Assembly (NCBI GenBank): GCA_963795425.1
Contig: CAWCHO010000001.1
Span: 339,086 to 403,085 of the forward strand
From: an uncultured Acidobacteriaceae bacterium
Lineage (GTDB): Bacteria; Acidobacteriota; Terriglobia; Bryobacterales; Bryobacteraceae
DNA length: 64,000 nt
Reading direction: 5' to 3'
The stretch's first letter is position 1; every line of letters begins with the position of its first letter. Of the stretch, positions 1 through 9,160 are shown piece after piece. A program made the position numbers and the translations under genes. The notes under the pieces were generated by a model. The model made no database searches. It was not told the origin of the DNA and saw only the letters and a program-made list of their open reading frames with translations.

Positions 1-680
1 ACCTGGAAGACACGACGGAAGCGACGCGAACGGCGGAAGAGTTGAAAAAGACTGGAGCCCGGGTGCTGCACATGAAAGGCGATGTGGCCTGCGATGCATC
101 GATCCGCGAACTCATTGATCGGGCGGTGCAGGAATTCCACACGATAGACATTCTGGTCAACAACGCCGGCACGGGACTTACCAAGGCATTCGCGAGCATC
201 ACACCCGACGAGTGGAATCGTATGTTGGGCGTCCATGTGCAAGGTGTGTTTCTCGCCTGTCAACTTGCCGGCGAGATCATGCGTAAGCAGAAAAGCGGAT
301 GCATCGTGAACATCGCTTCCGTTGCGGGCCAGCTTGCGTTGCCGCTTCGGGTGATCTATGCAACCGTCGAGGCGGCGAAGATGATGTTCACTAAAGCGCT
401 GGCTTGCGAATGGGCCGAGACGGGGATCCGGGTCAATTGCATTGCGCCGGGGACGATTCTTACGGATCTGGTGCGGCGGAACTTCGACAAAGGCCTGCTG
501 GATGGAGCCAGAGTTCTGGAGCGCACTCCTATGAAGCGCTTCGGCGAGACGCGCGAAATCGCTTCAGCAGCCCTATTTCTGGCGTCGCCTGAATCCTCTT
601 ACATCACCGGTCAGACTCTTTTTGTCGACGGAGGCTGGACCTCCTGGGGCGGATGGCCGGTCACGACACAAGAAGCATGA
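1..680 (+). CDS. SDR-family (short-chain) dehydrogenase/reductase; the 5' end lies outside the window
   Basis: The frame is open from base 3. The ORF-track protein 42..680 has the NNAG motif, the IASVAG serine region, 'IRVNCIAPG' and the C-terminal 'YITGQTLFVDGG', but no N-terminal TGxxxGxG Rossmann motif, so the start is upstream of the window. The stop TGA at 678-680 overlaps the next ATG. Confidence 0.85.
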   Translation, partial: LEDTTEATRTAEELKKTGARVLHMKGDVACDASIRELIDRAVQEFHTIDILVNNAGTGLTKAFASITPDEWNRMLGVHVQGVFLACQLAGEIMRKQKSGCIVNIASVAGQLALPLRVIYATVEAAKMMFTKALACEWAETGIRVNCIAPGTILTDLVRRNFDKGLLDGARVLERTPMKRFGETREIASAALFLASPESSYITGQTLFVDGGWTSWGGWPVTTQEA

Positions 681-2044
681 ATCACCTGAACACGGAGCCC
701 GGAACAGGTTCAAAAGCCGATTCCACTTCTATCGGCGCCGTTCAGCCGAGTGGCGTGCGCTGGCAGATTCTTGGGCTCATGCTTCTGCTGAGCATGATCA
801 CCTATTTGGATCGCGTGAACATCTCCATCGCGGCGCGGCATATCACAAACGAGTATCACTTGACCGATGTGCAAATGGGCAAGATCTTCAGTGCGTTCAT
901 CTTGGCCTACGGACTGTTCCAAGTTCCGGGCGGCTGGCTGGCGGATCGATTCGGACCGCGGAAAGTGCTCACGTTTGCAGTGATCTGGTGGTCCGCGTTT
1001 ACAGCTCTTACGGCTTACGCAGCCGATGTGATGGGCGGGGGCAGAGTATCGATCGTGTTCTCGTTCTGCCTCGTGCGGTTCTGCCTGGGCATGGGAGAAG
1101 CGGCTGCATGGCCGAGCTTCAATCGAACGATTGCAAACTGGATGGCGGAAAAAGAACGTGCTTTTGCAACTAGCGTGCCGCTGGCGGGGGGAGGGGTGGG
1201 AGCCGCCATCACTCCGCCATTCATTGCCTGGCTGATGCTGACATACGGCTGGCGCGAGTCTTTTCTCCTATGCGGAATTTTGGGAGTGGCCGCAGGCGCT
1301 TTTTGGTATTTCGTCGCGCGAGACACTCCGGAGGAGCATCCGCGGGTGAACGTCGCCGAACTCGAGGTCATTCACGCCAGGCCAGCAGAGCGACTGACCT
1401 CACCTGCCGTACTGGGTCGAGCGGCAATCGCGGCGAAAGGCATTCCTTGGACAGCGCTGCTCAGCGAGAAAAACGTGTGGCTGCTATTTTGCAGCGCCAT
1501 GACATGCGGCTACATGGTTTATATCTATATGACGTGGTTCTTCACCTATCTAGTGGAGCAGCGGCATTTGTCTCAGATGAAGAGTTCCTACTACACGATT
1601 GGGCCATTTATAGCGATGGCAGTACTGACGCCTATCGGAGGAGCGATCTCGGATGTACTGGCACGAAGAGTTTCTCTCCGCTTAGGGCGGCGATTCATCT
1701 CGATGGGCGGGATGTTCGCTGCGGGCATGGCGCTGATCATAGGCGCAAGGGTAGAGAGTATTGCGGTTGCGATTGTTTGGCTTTCCTTCGGCGCCGGGGC
1801 CATTTACTTCGCGCTGGCTTCGCATTGGGCGACTACCATCGATATCTCAGAACGGCATGCGGGCACGGTCAGCGGAATGATGAATTGGGGCGGCAACGTC
1901 GGCGGGGTTCTATCTCCCATCCTGACGCCGATCTTCGCTCGCAAATTGGGTTGGGTTCCGGCTCTAGAGATCGCCGCAGTCATCATCATTCTGGGCGGCA
2001 TGTTGTGGTTTCAGATTGATCCCGATCGAAAGTTAGCAGCCTGA
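677..2044 (+). CDS. MFS transporter (anion:cation-symporter-like, sugar-acid type)
   Basis: ORF-track 653..2044. The protein is multi-TM and hydrophobic, with the MFS loop motif 'GGWLADRFGPRKV'. I set the start to ATG 677 (MNHLN...), which forms an ATGA overlap with the SDR stop. Confidence 0.85.
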   Translation: MNHLNTEPGTGSKADSTSIGAVQPSGVRWQILGLMLLLSMITYLDRVNISIAARHITNEYHLTDVQMGKIFSAFILAYGLFQVPGGWLADRFGPRKVLTFAVIWWSAFTALTAYAADVMGGGRVSIVFSFCLVRFCLGMGEAAAWPSFNRTIANWMAEKERAFATSVPLAGGGVGAAITPPFIAWLMLTYGWRESFLLCGILGVAAGAFWYFVARDTPEEHPRVNVAELEVIHARPAERLTSPAVLGRAAIAAKGIPWTALLSEKNVWLLFCSAMTCGYMVYIYMTWFFTYLVEQRHLSQMKSSYYTIGPFIAMAVLTPIGGAISDVLARRVSLRLGRRFISMGGMFAAGMALIIGARVESIAVAIVWLSFGAGAIYFALASHWATTIDISERHAGTVSGMMNWGGNVGGVLSPILTPIFARKLGWVPALEIAAVIIILGGMLWFQIDPDRKLAA

Positions 2045-2908
2045 ATGTTGGAGCCGTCGGATGCATATTCAATGGCGGTTATTCCCCGAGACGGGATTGG
2101 TCCCGAGGTGATTGCGGAAGGGGTGAAGGTGCTGAACGCCGCGGCGACCCGGAACAATTTTGGAATCGCGTGGAAGTACTATCCTTACGGGGTAGATTAT
2201 TATCTCGAGACCGGCGAGGTTTTATCGCGGGAATCGTTGGCGGACGTCGTTTCCCACGACGGCATCTATTTCGGCGCAGGTCGCAAGGCCTGGCTTACCA
2301 GATCGGAGTACTGACGGCGGAAGGGACGCGCCGCATACTGCAATATTCATTCGAACTGGCGTGCAAGAGACGGCGTAAAATCACGCTGATCGACAAAGCG
2401 AATGTGTTGACGGACATGTATTCCTATTGGCGCGAGATCGGCCGTGAAGTTGGGGCGGATTTATCCAGACGTCGAGATGGATTACATGCTTATCGACGCC
2501 GCCACGATGTGGTTCGTCCACAGACCTGAGTTGTTTGACGTGGTCGTCGCGCCGAACATGTTTGGCGACATCCTGACCGATTTAGGGGCAGCGATACAGG
2601 GCGGTCTGGGAACCGCGGCTGGAGCAAACATCTGTCCGGATGGTGTTTCGATGTTCGAGCCGATTCACGGAAGCGCTCCGCCGCTGAAGGGGCAGCAGAA
2701 AGCAAATCCAGTCGCGGCCATTTGGGCGGGCGCAATGATGCTGGAGACACTCGGCGAGGTACGCGCTGCGGCGCAGGTTATGGAAGCGCTCGAAAAGAGT
2801 CTGGCGTCCGGAAAAAAGAGGACTCCGGACCTGGGCGGCAGGAGCACGACCGCTGAGGTCGGAGACGATATCGCGGAGTCCCTGTCCGTTCTGTTCGGGG
2901 CGCCATAA
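2045..2908 (+). pseudogene. Isocitrate/isopropylmalate dehydrogenase-family gene (tartrate dehydrogenase-like), disrupted
   Basis: Family-typical segments sit in three ORF-track pieces. 2045..2314 gives 'IPRDGIGPEVI...IYFGA'. 2170..2529 gives 'TAEGTRRILQYSFELA...ITLIDKANVL' in another frame. 2444..2908 gives '[14 protein letters not shown]...[12 protein letters not shown]...FEPIHGSAP...ANP' back in the first frame. The whole locus is about 288 codons against roughly 350 for intact family members. About 90 residues between IYFGA and the TAEG region are missing. Confidence 0.7.
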
Positions 2909-2915
2909 GGCCACC

Positions 2916-2940
2916 CCGGCGCACCACGCCGGCCTTTCTT
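2916..2940. terminator. Candidate intrinsic terminator between convergent genes
   Basis: CCGGCG (2916-2921), loop CACCA, CGCCGG (2927-2932), then the T-rich 'CCTTTCTT'. It lies 8 nt after the stop at 2908 and upstream of the convergent stop at 2976. Confidence 0.3.
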
Positions 2941-2950
2941 CGGCTAAAGC

Positions 2951-2976
2951 TTATTGCGCGAACTTATTGCGCGAAC
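2951..2976. repeat. Perfect 13-bp tandem duplication (TTATTGCGCGAAC x2)
   Basis: Read directly: 2951-2963 equals 2964-2976. The second copy abuts the stop codon (2976-2978, minus strand) of the basic protein gene. Confidence 0.9.
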
Positions 2977-3272
2977 TAGGCCGCGCGCCTGAGCCCGCTG
3001 GCTGCTCTGGTAGTCCATGCTTTTTTGGCGGTCACGCGGCGTTTTTTTGTTGCAGCCGCTTTTCGTGCGGTGGCCCTTCGCTTCCGTGTGGCAGCAGCTT
3101 TCTTGGCTGCTGCGTGCCGCTTGCGGGTGACACCCGCTTTCTTCGAGATAGCGACGACTTTCTTAATCGAGTGTTTCTTGCGGGTCGTCCGCGTTCTCTT
3201 AGCGGCGGCAGTGCGGGTCCGCCTGGTTTTGGCACTTGCAGTCTTCTTTCGTTTGTGGAGCATACCTATCAC
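2976..3272 (-). CDS. Histone H1-like / AlgP-like lysine-arginine-alanine-rich DNA-binding protein
   Basis: The 98-aa ORF is made almost entirely of K/R/A/T repeats (AAKRTRTTRKK, AAAKKAAATRKRRATARKAAATKKRR). This composition is typical of bacterial H1-like nucleoid proteins. The start is uncertain (MIGM or the downstream MLHK). Confidence 0.6.
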   Translation of the reverse strand: MIGMLHKRKKTASAKTRRTRTAAAKRTRTTRKKHSIKKVVAISKKAGVTRKRHAAAKKAAATRKRRATARKAAATKKRRVTAKKAWTTRAASGLRRAA

Positions 3273-3754
3273 TCATCGGCAGGGCGCCTTAGTTTCTTGT
3301 AATTTTCCATGGCAAAGCACCGCAACTGACACGTACTGCTTCGGGTTCACTTACAGGGGCGCGCAGTTACAATGTCCGTTCCGGCTGAATTGGGTGTGAA
3401 GTGCGTGCCAGCAAGCAGTCTGGAGCGTGAGCCACATCTGCGCGGGATCCTACGGCATGCGCGACATTCGTGAAAAGGTGCTCTTGGACCATATGGACGC
3501 CTCCCGGGCTGGCGGCAGGGCCGGGCAGCCGAGTGTGATCGCGCGTCAAGCTAGCTGTGCGCCGGTTGGTAGTGGCCACCTCCGGGTCGCCGCTTCGTTA
3601 TGTGTATGCAGCGATCTATCGGGCGCATATCGCGTATGCGCTGCGACTGTCGAGGCATCTACCCGGTGTGCAGGCCGTCTATCTCACTAGCGGCGCCGCT
3701 ATTGACGAAACTAAGCCCGGCGTCAACGGGAGTTTTCAGAGGAACAGCAGCGCC

Positions 3755-3985
3755 TCAGCCGTTTGTCACCCCTCTATGACAGTAGTGGACGTAGACGTTG
3801 TCCGCGAAGGCTCGCGGGTTATGCGGAAAGCCCTCCGTCAGGTAATCGTGGACCAGCAAACCGGTTACGTAGTGAGCGGGCTCGTCGGTGTTGAAGCTCC
3901 ACTCGGCGGCATAGGCATTGCCGCGCCACTGCAGAAACACAGTGAGTGCGAGGGCAACACAAAATACCGACCCTATGCGGAGCAC
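3755..3985 (-). CDS. Hypothetical small exported protein (possible gene remnant)
   Basis: This is an in-frame GTG inside ORF-track 3755..4138. It gives 'LRIGSVFCVALALTVFLQWRGNAYA/AEW', a plausible signal peptide with an AxA site. It lies 34 nt downstream of the hydrolase gene on the same strand. I recognised no family. Confidence 0.3.
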   Translation of the reverse strand: MLRIGSVFCVALALTVFLQWRGNAYAAEWSFNTDEPAHYVTGLLVHDYLTEGFPHNPRAFADNVYVHYCHRGVTNG

Positions 3986-4019
3986 GGGCGCGAATAGTCG
4001 TTGGCGAGCGCGTCTTTGG

Positions 4020-5630
4020 CTACGGACTGGAGTGTCCCTGGGCGTGGGGCGCCGGAGTGAAATAAAGATCCTGGTAATCGAAACTGAAATCGGCGAGCGG
4101 TGAGACAGCCACCATCGTGAAGTGATCAACGGTTCCATCGGGTTTCAGGGCGAACGTGAGGAACGCATCCTCGATGCCGCGATCGCGCCAGTGGCTCTTG
4201 AATGTGTTGTACTGCCAGTGCTCCAGGTCGCCGATTGCTTTAGGTGTGTGGTCGAGCGTAAACACCAATTTCCCATTTTCGATGCGAATGGTTGATCGCC
4301 CGTACCAAGCATCGTTATAAACGCCGGCATATTTTTCGAGCGGCAGGGAAGGAGTGGAATTGGATGCTCGCGAGCCAGTCTGTTTCTCCACGACGTCGGC
4401 AGCCTGTCGCTCTTGCGCCACTTCCGTATCGCGAAACGCTCGAATCCAATCAGGGGAAGGAACGTCTAGATAGTGATCGAGGAGGTGGTACGCGATGGAC
4501 TCGAACGCTCCTGCCTCTTCGGCGTTCGTCAGGACCACAATTCCCAGGTGCTCGTCGGGGACTAACTGCACTATCGAGACAAAGCCGGCAACACCCCCCG
4601 TGTGGCCGACTAATTTGCGTCCATGATAGTCTCGCAGCCCCCAACCGAACCCGTAATCTGCAAAGTTCGCTTTGAGGGCGGCGAGCGCCGGAGGCGGATC
4701 GCCGATGGGCAAAATGGTTTGCGGGGACCACATTTCTTTTGATTGTTTCTCGCTGAACAGGCGTTTGTCCGGGTTCGGAAACTTGCCACGGTTCAGTTGT
4801 AAGAGAATCCATTTGGCCATCTCGGAGGCACTCGAATTAATCGAGCCGGCCGGCGCCGCGTTGTCGAGAGGAACAAATTCGATGGACTGCAACCTGCCGG
4901 GCAACTTTGAATGAGGCCAGGCGTAATTGTCGCCTGATTTCCAACTCGCATTCGTAAGCGTGGTTGTGGACATCCCGAGAGGAGTAAGAATCCGCTCACG
5001 GACGTTCTCTTCCCAGGACTTACCCGTGACCGCAGCAACAATCTGCCCAGCGGCTATGTACATCAGGTTGTCGTACGCGTAATGGCTGCGAAAGCTGGAT
5101 TGCGGCTTCATGAACCGGAGGCGATAAACAATGTCCTCTCGCGAGTAGGTTGTATGCGGCCAGAAAAGCAGATCGCCTTCGCCCAGTCCCATTCCGCTCT
5201 TGTGACTGAGCAGGTCGCGAATAGTCATCTCGTGCGATACATACGGGTCATACATCTCGAAACCCGGGAGACGCTCGTAGACTTTGTCATCCCAGGAAAT
5301 CTTTCCCTCATCGACGAGCGATGCCAGAAGGGCCGAGGTGAACGCCTTGGTGTTCGACCCGATTCCAAAAAGGGTATCGGCATCGACCGGAGCTGGATCT
5401 CCCATTTTGCGGATTCCGTATCCCTTGGTGAGCACGATTCTGCCGTCTTTAACGATTACGATCGAGAGGCCCGGCACTTCAAAGGTTTTCAAAACGGTGC
5501 CGATGAAGGTGTCCAGATCCGCGGGCGGCGATTGTCCCCAAAGAGCGGGTGCAAGGATTGCAAGCAACGCGGCGGGGAGCGATCGCGAGATTCTCAGCGG
5601 ATACATGGGTTTGAATGTGTACTTATGCAT
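4020..5630 (-). CDS. Beta-lactamase-fold serine hydrolase (DD-peptidase/esterase class), exported
   Basis: Signal-like N-terminus. SxxK motif 'GSNTKAF', YxN 'YAYDN', and 'GHTGG' in place of KTG. The long C-terminal extension is as seen in PBP4*/EstB-like proteins. Confidence 0.9.
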   Translation of the reverse strand: MHKYTFKPMYPLRISRSLPAALLAILAPALWGQSPPADLDTFIGTVLKTFEVPGLSIVIVKDGRIVLTKGYGIRKMGDPAPVDADTLFGIGSNTKAFTSALLASLVDEGKISWDDKVYERLPGFEMYDPYVSHEMTIRDLLSHKSGMGLGEGDLLFWPHTTYSREDIVYRLRFMKPQSSFRSHYAYDNLMYIAAGQIVAAVTGKSWEENVRERILTPLGMSTTTLTNASWKSGDNYAWPHSKLPGRLQSIEFVPLDNAAPAGSINSSASEMAKWILLQLNRGKFPNPDKRLFSEKQSKEMWSPQTILPIGDPPPALAALKANFADYGFGWGLRDYHGRKLVGHTGGVAGFVSIVQLVPDEHLGIVVLTNAEEAGAFESIAYHLLDHYLDVPSPDWIRAFRDTEVAQERQAADVVEKQTGSRASNSTPSLPLEKYAGVYNDAWYGRSTIRIENGKLVFTLDHTPKAIGDLEHWQYNTFKSHWRDRGIEDAFLTFALKPDGTVDHFTMVAVSPLADFSFDYQDLYFTPAPHAQGHSSP

Positions 5631-6677
5631 TTACTCGGAGGGCGCCGCTTTCGGGATTGCCTCAAACGGGATGTTGAGAATGGGATACTTCTGCCAATCC
5701 TTATAGTCGAAATGCCACCACTCGAATTCGTAGACTTGAAAGCCCTCGTCCTCCATCGCCTGACGCAGCAGATCGCGACGCCAGCGCTCGCGTGAAGTGC
5801 CGCCCGGGTAGTTCGGATAGGAGCGGTCGGACATTTCGTCGTAGACGCCCGTCATCTCTACTTCGCGGCCCGTGCTGAGCTCGTATAGGGTGAGGTCCAC
5901 GGCGCATCCGCGATTGTGGCGCGAGCCTTGTTGGGGATCGGCCACAAATCGTTTCTTGTCGTCCGGCGTCACATCCCAGAAAACCTTCGTGATGTACCAC
6001 GGCCGATAGGCGTCGTGGATGAGAATGCCGTAGCCGAGCGGCTGCAACGTGCGGTTGACGCGAGCGACGGCCTTGGCCGCCGGGCGTTGCAGGAATGCGC
6101 GTGCCTGCGAATAGACCGGGAGTCCGAGAAAATTGTCCGTCGAGGCGTAGCGGATGTCGAGCTTAATCGAGTGATCGAGAGAGGTGATTTCGATGAGATC
6201 GGGTTTCAGAAAATCGCCCTTTTCGGCGGGAGGGTGCTCGGCGAGCGCTTCTTTGGTAAGCTCGGCAACCGGGCGCAGAGGCGTGATGTGGAACACGCCG
6301 CCCGAGACCGCTATCTGAAGGCGCGGATAGGTGGCGTCGCCGATCTTCAATCCTGTCGCCGGGCTGTTTCTCGAGCGAGGAAAGACAACTGGGGTGTGAT
6401 CGCCCGAAAAATGATTTGGCGAGGATTCGACGAGCGCCGTGTCGGTCCCGGAGTGCAGGAGATGTAGGCTGCCGTCTTTCTCAAAGACATAAATCTTGTC
6501 CTTCTCCGTGCCGTATTCGCCGATGATGCCGATCCAATCGGAAGGCGCGGCAGGGGGCATGGGGCTGACGTGGAGAGCGGCTGGCAAGTGTGCGATGAGC
6601 TGGAGCGCAAAAAAGGTGGCGGCTAGAAAAACGCCGAGGACCGAGCGGGATAGGGTTCTTAAATCGGGCTTCGACAT
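5631..6677 (-). CDS. VanX/DdpX-type D-alanyl-D-alanine dipeptidase (M15) with an N-terminal extra domain
   Basis: 'GSRHNRGCAVDL' (SxHxxGxAxD) and 'FEWWHF' zinc-peptidase motifs, plus 'IHDAYRPW'. I set the start to MSKPDL (6677), which gives a hydrophobic signal/anchor. Its stop abuts the next start (5631/5630). Confidence 0.85.
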   Translation of the reverse strand: MSKPDLRTLSRSVLGVFLAATFFALQLIAHLPAALHVSPMPPAAPSDWIGIIGEYGTEKDKIYVFEKDGSLHLLHSGTDTALVESSPNHFSGDHTPVVFPRSRNSPATGLKIGDATYPRLQIAVSGGVFHITPLRPVAELTKEALAEHPPAEKGDFLKPDLIEITSLDHSIKLDIRYASTDNFLGLPVYSQARAFLQRPAAKAVARVNRTLQPLGYGILIHDAYRPWYITKVFWDVTPDDKKRFVADPQQGSRHNRGCAVDLTLYELSTGREVEMTGVYDEMSDRSYPNYPGGTSRERWRRDLLRQAMEDEGFQVYEFEWWHFDYKDWQKYPILNIPFEAIPKAAPSE

Positions 6678-6682
6678 GTTCC

Positions 6683-7807
6683 TTAGACCACAACCGTGCA
6701 GGCGTTCCATTTGTTCGTGCGCACAGTGAGTTTGTCGATGAAATCGCGGCGTACGGAAAATCCAAGGCCAGAAGTTTCGGGGATGCGGATCGTGCCGGCC
6801 GAAGACACTTCGACCTCAGGCTCGATGATGTCGCGCTCCCAGTAGCGGCGGCTGGCGGAGACATCGCCCGGCAGTGTGAAGCCGGGGAGGGTCGACATGG
6901 CGATGTTGTGAGCTCGTCCGATTCCGGACTCGAGCATGCCTCCGCACCAGACGGGCACTGAATGTGACACGCAGAGCTGTTCGATTGCGCGCGCTTCGGT
7001 GTGGCCTCCCACGCGGCCGAGCTTAATGTTGATGATCCGGCAAGCATGCAGCTCGACGGCGTTCGCCGCGGCTCGGGAACTGGCGATGCACTCATCGAGA
7101 CAGATGGCGGTATCGATCTGGCTCTGCAACTTTGAATGCGCGTAGATATCGTCCCAGTACAGCGGCTGTTCAATCATCAGCAGTCGGAATTCGTCGAGCT
7201 TCCGCAGGTGAGGCGCGTCGTCGAGCCGGTAAGCAGAATTCCCGTCGACCGAAAGCAGAATGTCCGGAAACGCGCGGCGCACGGCTGCGACGTATGCGAC
7301 GTCTTTGCCGGGTTTGATCTTGAGCTTGATGCGGCGATACCCGCTGGCAAGCTCTTCCTCGACCTTTTCAACAAGCGCTTGCGGGTTCTCGCGAATGCCG
7401 AGCGAAACGCCACAGGCGATCTCGGTGCGTGTTCCGCCAAGCAGGCGCGCCAAAGGCACGTTCAGCTGCTGCGCGGCGATATCCCAGAGCGCATTTTCCA
7501 CGGCCGCTTTGGCCATTTCGTGTCCGCGGACAGCGGCGACGATCGCGGGAAAATGCTCCGGCGAATCGACCGTCCTACCGATCACTTGAGGAGCGATGAA
7601 TTCTGAAATGATATGCCAGGCAGTGCCGGTGGTCTCGGGATTGTAAGAGGGTGTTTCGCCGGTTGTGACTTCGCCCCAACCCGCCACACCATCGGCGACG
7701 ACTTCGACCAGCAGAATACGCCGGTCTTGGGTAATGCCGAAGCTGGTTTCAAAGGGCGCCTTGAGACGCATGTGCAGCTCGCGCAGAATTATCAATTCGA
7801 TTTTCAT
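6683..7807 (-). CDS. Enolase-superfamily MLE-subgroup enzyme (o-succinylbenzoate synthase / N-acylamino-acid racemase / dipeptide epimerase clade)
   Basis: 'MKIELIILRELHMRLKAPFETSFG' N-terminus, KxK 'IKLKIKPG', metal ligands in 'DGNSAY', 'IEQP' and 'LDE', second lysine in 'INIKLGR'. The start at 7807 makes an ATGA overlap with the permease stop. Confidence 0.85.
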   Translation of the reverse strand: MKIELIILRELHMRLKAPFETSFGITQDRRILLVEVVADGVAGWGEVTTGETPSYNPETTGTAWHIISEFIAPQVIGRTVDSPEHFPAIVAAVRGHEMAKAAVENALWDIAAQQLNVPLARLLGGTRTEIACGVSLGIRENPQALVEKVEEELASGYRRIKLKIKPGKDVAYVAAVRRAFPDILLSVDGNSAYRLDDAPHLRKLDEFRLLMIEQPLYWDDIYAHSKLQSQIDTAICLDECIASSRAAANAVELHACRIINIKLGRVGGHTEARAIEQLCVSHSVPVWCGGMLESGIGRAHNIAMSTLPGFTLPGDVSASRRYWERDIIEPEVEVSSAGTIRIPETSGLGFSVRRDFIDKLTVRTNKWNACTVVV

Positions 7808-9156
7808 CGGGCTCCTCGAAATTTTCGCCTCCATAGGAAGTAAGCTGGCAGGCCGGCGAGAACGATTCCGAGTCCCAGAGCGGCGCGGGCGGGTTGAGTA
7901 GCGATGGTATTTGCGACCAGAACCGCGGCAGCAATGATGAACAGCAACGGTGTGAGGGGATATCCCGGAACACGGTAGGGGCGAATGGCCTCAGGCTGGC
8001 GGCGACGGTAGACGAATACACTGCCAGCCGCGAGACCGTAGAAAATCCAGCCGATGAAGATCACATAAGTTAATAACTGTTCGAAAGTTCCGGTGACGGC
8101 GAGGACAGCCGCCCAAAGGCTAGCCGCCGCTATGGCGAAAGCGGGGGTTCCGAAGCGCGGGTGCACTTCGGAGAGGCGCTTGAAGAAGAGTCCGTCTTTA
8201 GCCATGGCGTAATAGACGCGAGGAGCGGTGAGCACGAGCGAGTTGGCGGCGCTGAACATGGAGACGAGGATGACGGCGGCGACGATTTTCGCGGCGACGG
8301 GTCCGACTACGATCGAGACGGCGGTGGCGGCAACGCGGTTCGAGCCGGCAACACCCACAGGTCCGAGCGCGGCAACATAGCCGAGACTGCTGAAGACGTA
8401 CAGCGCAATGAGGGTGGCGGATCCGACGAGAAACGCGAGCGGAAAGTCGCGTTGCGGATGGATGGTTTCGCCCGCGCTGAAAGTGGCGTACTGCCAGCCT
8501 TCATAGGCCCACAGTACGCTGATCATGGCGAGACCGAAGCCGGAGGCGAGCGATGGAGCAGCGACACGCGCGCCACCCGACGAGTGGATGGTAAAGTTGT
8601 TCCCGAGCAGCAGGAGAGCGGTCGCCATGACCGCGATTGCGATCACTTTGAGCGCTGTGGTGACGTTTTGGAGATCTGCACTGCGACGGGTCCCGAGCAT
8701 GTTTACAGTGCAGATAACGGCAATGACCAGAACCGACACCAGCTTGGCGGCAAACGGGGTGAGAGGGACAAATTCAGCGAAGTAGTTGCTGAATGCCACC
8801 ACCAGCGTGGCGATCGAGCCCGCGCTGATCACGAAGAACAGAGTCCAGCCGAAGAGGAACGCGAGCAGCGGACCGAAGCAGTCGCGGATGAAAATGTAGA
8901 GTCCGCCGGCCTCGGGTTTCATGGCGCTCAACTCGCCGTAGGTGAGTGCACCTAGAAGCGAAAGGACGCCGCCGGTGAGCCACACCGACGTAGCTAGCGA
9001 GACCGAGTTGCCGACCGAACGCAGCACAGCTCCGGGGACGAGAAAAATACCCGATCCGATCACGGTCCCGACGACCAGGAACACAAGATCGCGCATCCCA
9101 AGGGTGCGGCGAAGCTGCGGCTGCCATCGACTCGCGACCATTTCCTGCGGCGGCAC
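7804..9156 (-). CDS. APC-family amino-acid permease
   Basis: 12-TM-like protein. 'GTVIGSGIFLVPG' is the signature of amino acid/polyamine/organocation transporters. Confidence 0.85.
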   Translation of the reverse strand: MPPQEMVASRWQPQLRRTLGMRDLVFLVVGTVIGSGIFLVPGAVLRSVGNSVSLATSVWLTGGVLSLLGALTYGELSAMKPEAGGLYIFIRDCFGPLLAFLFGWTLFFVISAGSIATLVVAFSNYFAEFVPLTPFAAKLVSVLVIAVICTVNMLGTRRSADLQNVTTALKVIAIAVMATALLLLGNNFTIHSSGGARVAAPSLASGFGLAMISVLWAYEGWQYATFSAGETIHPQRDFPLAFLVGSATLIALYVFSSLGYVAALGPVGVAGSNRVAATAVSIVVGPVAAKIVAAVILVSMFSAANSLVLTAPRVYYAMAKDGLFFKRLSEVHPRFGTPAFAIAAASLWAAVLAVTGTFEQLLTYVIFIGWIFYGLAAGSVFVYRRRQPEAIRPYRVPGYPLTPLLFIIAAAVLVANTIATQPARAALGLGIVLAGLPAYFLWRRKFRGAR

Positions 9157-9160
9157 GCGT

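Noticed and set aside
3273-3997. ORFs 3427..3690 and 3557..3997 (+), and 3367..3579 (-), in the gap after the H1-like gene
   Set aside because: None has a recognisable motif, a plausible start context or a clean hydrophobicity pattern. 3557..3997 runs antisense through the small exported ORF. The 480-bp gap may hold a degraded gene, but I cannot support one.
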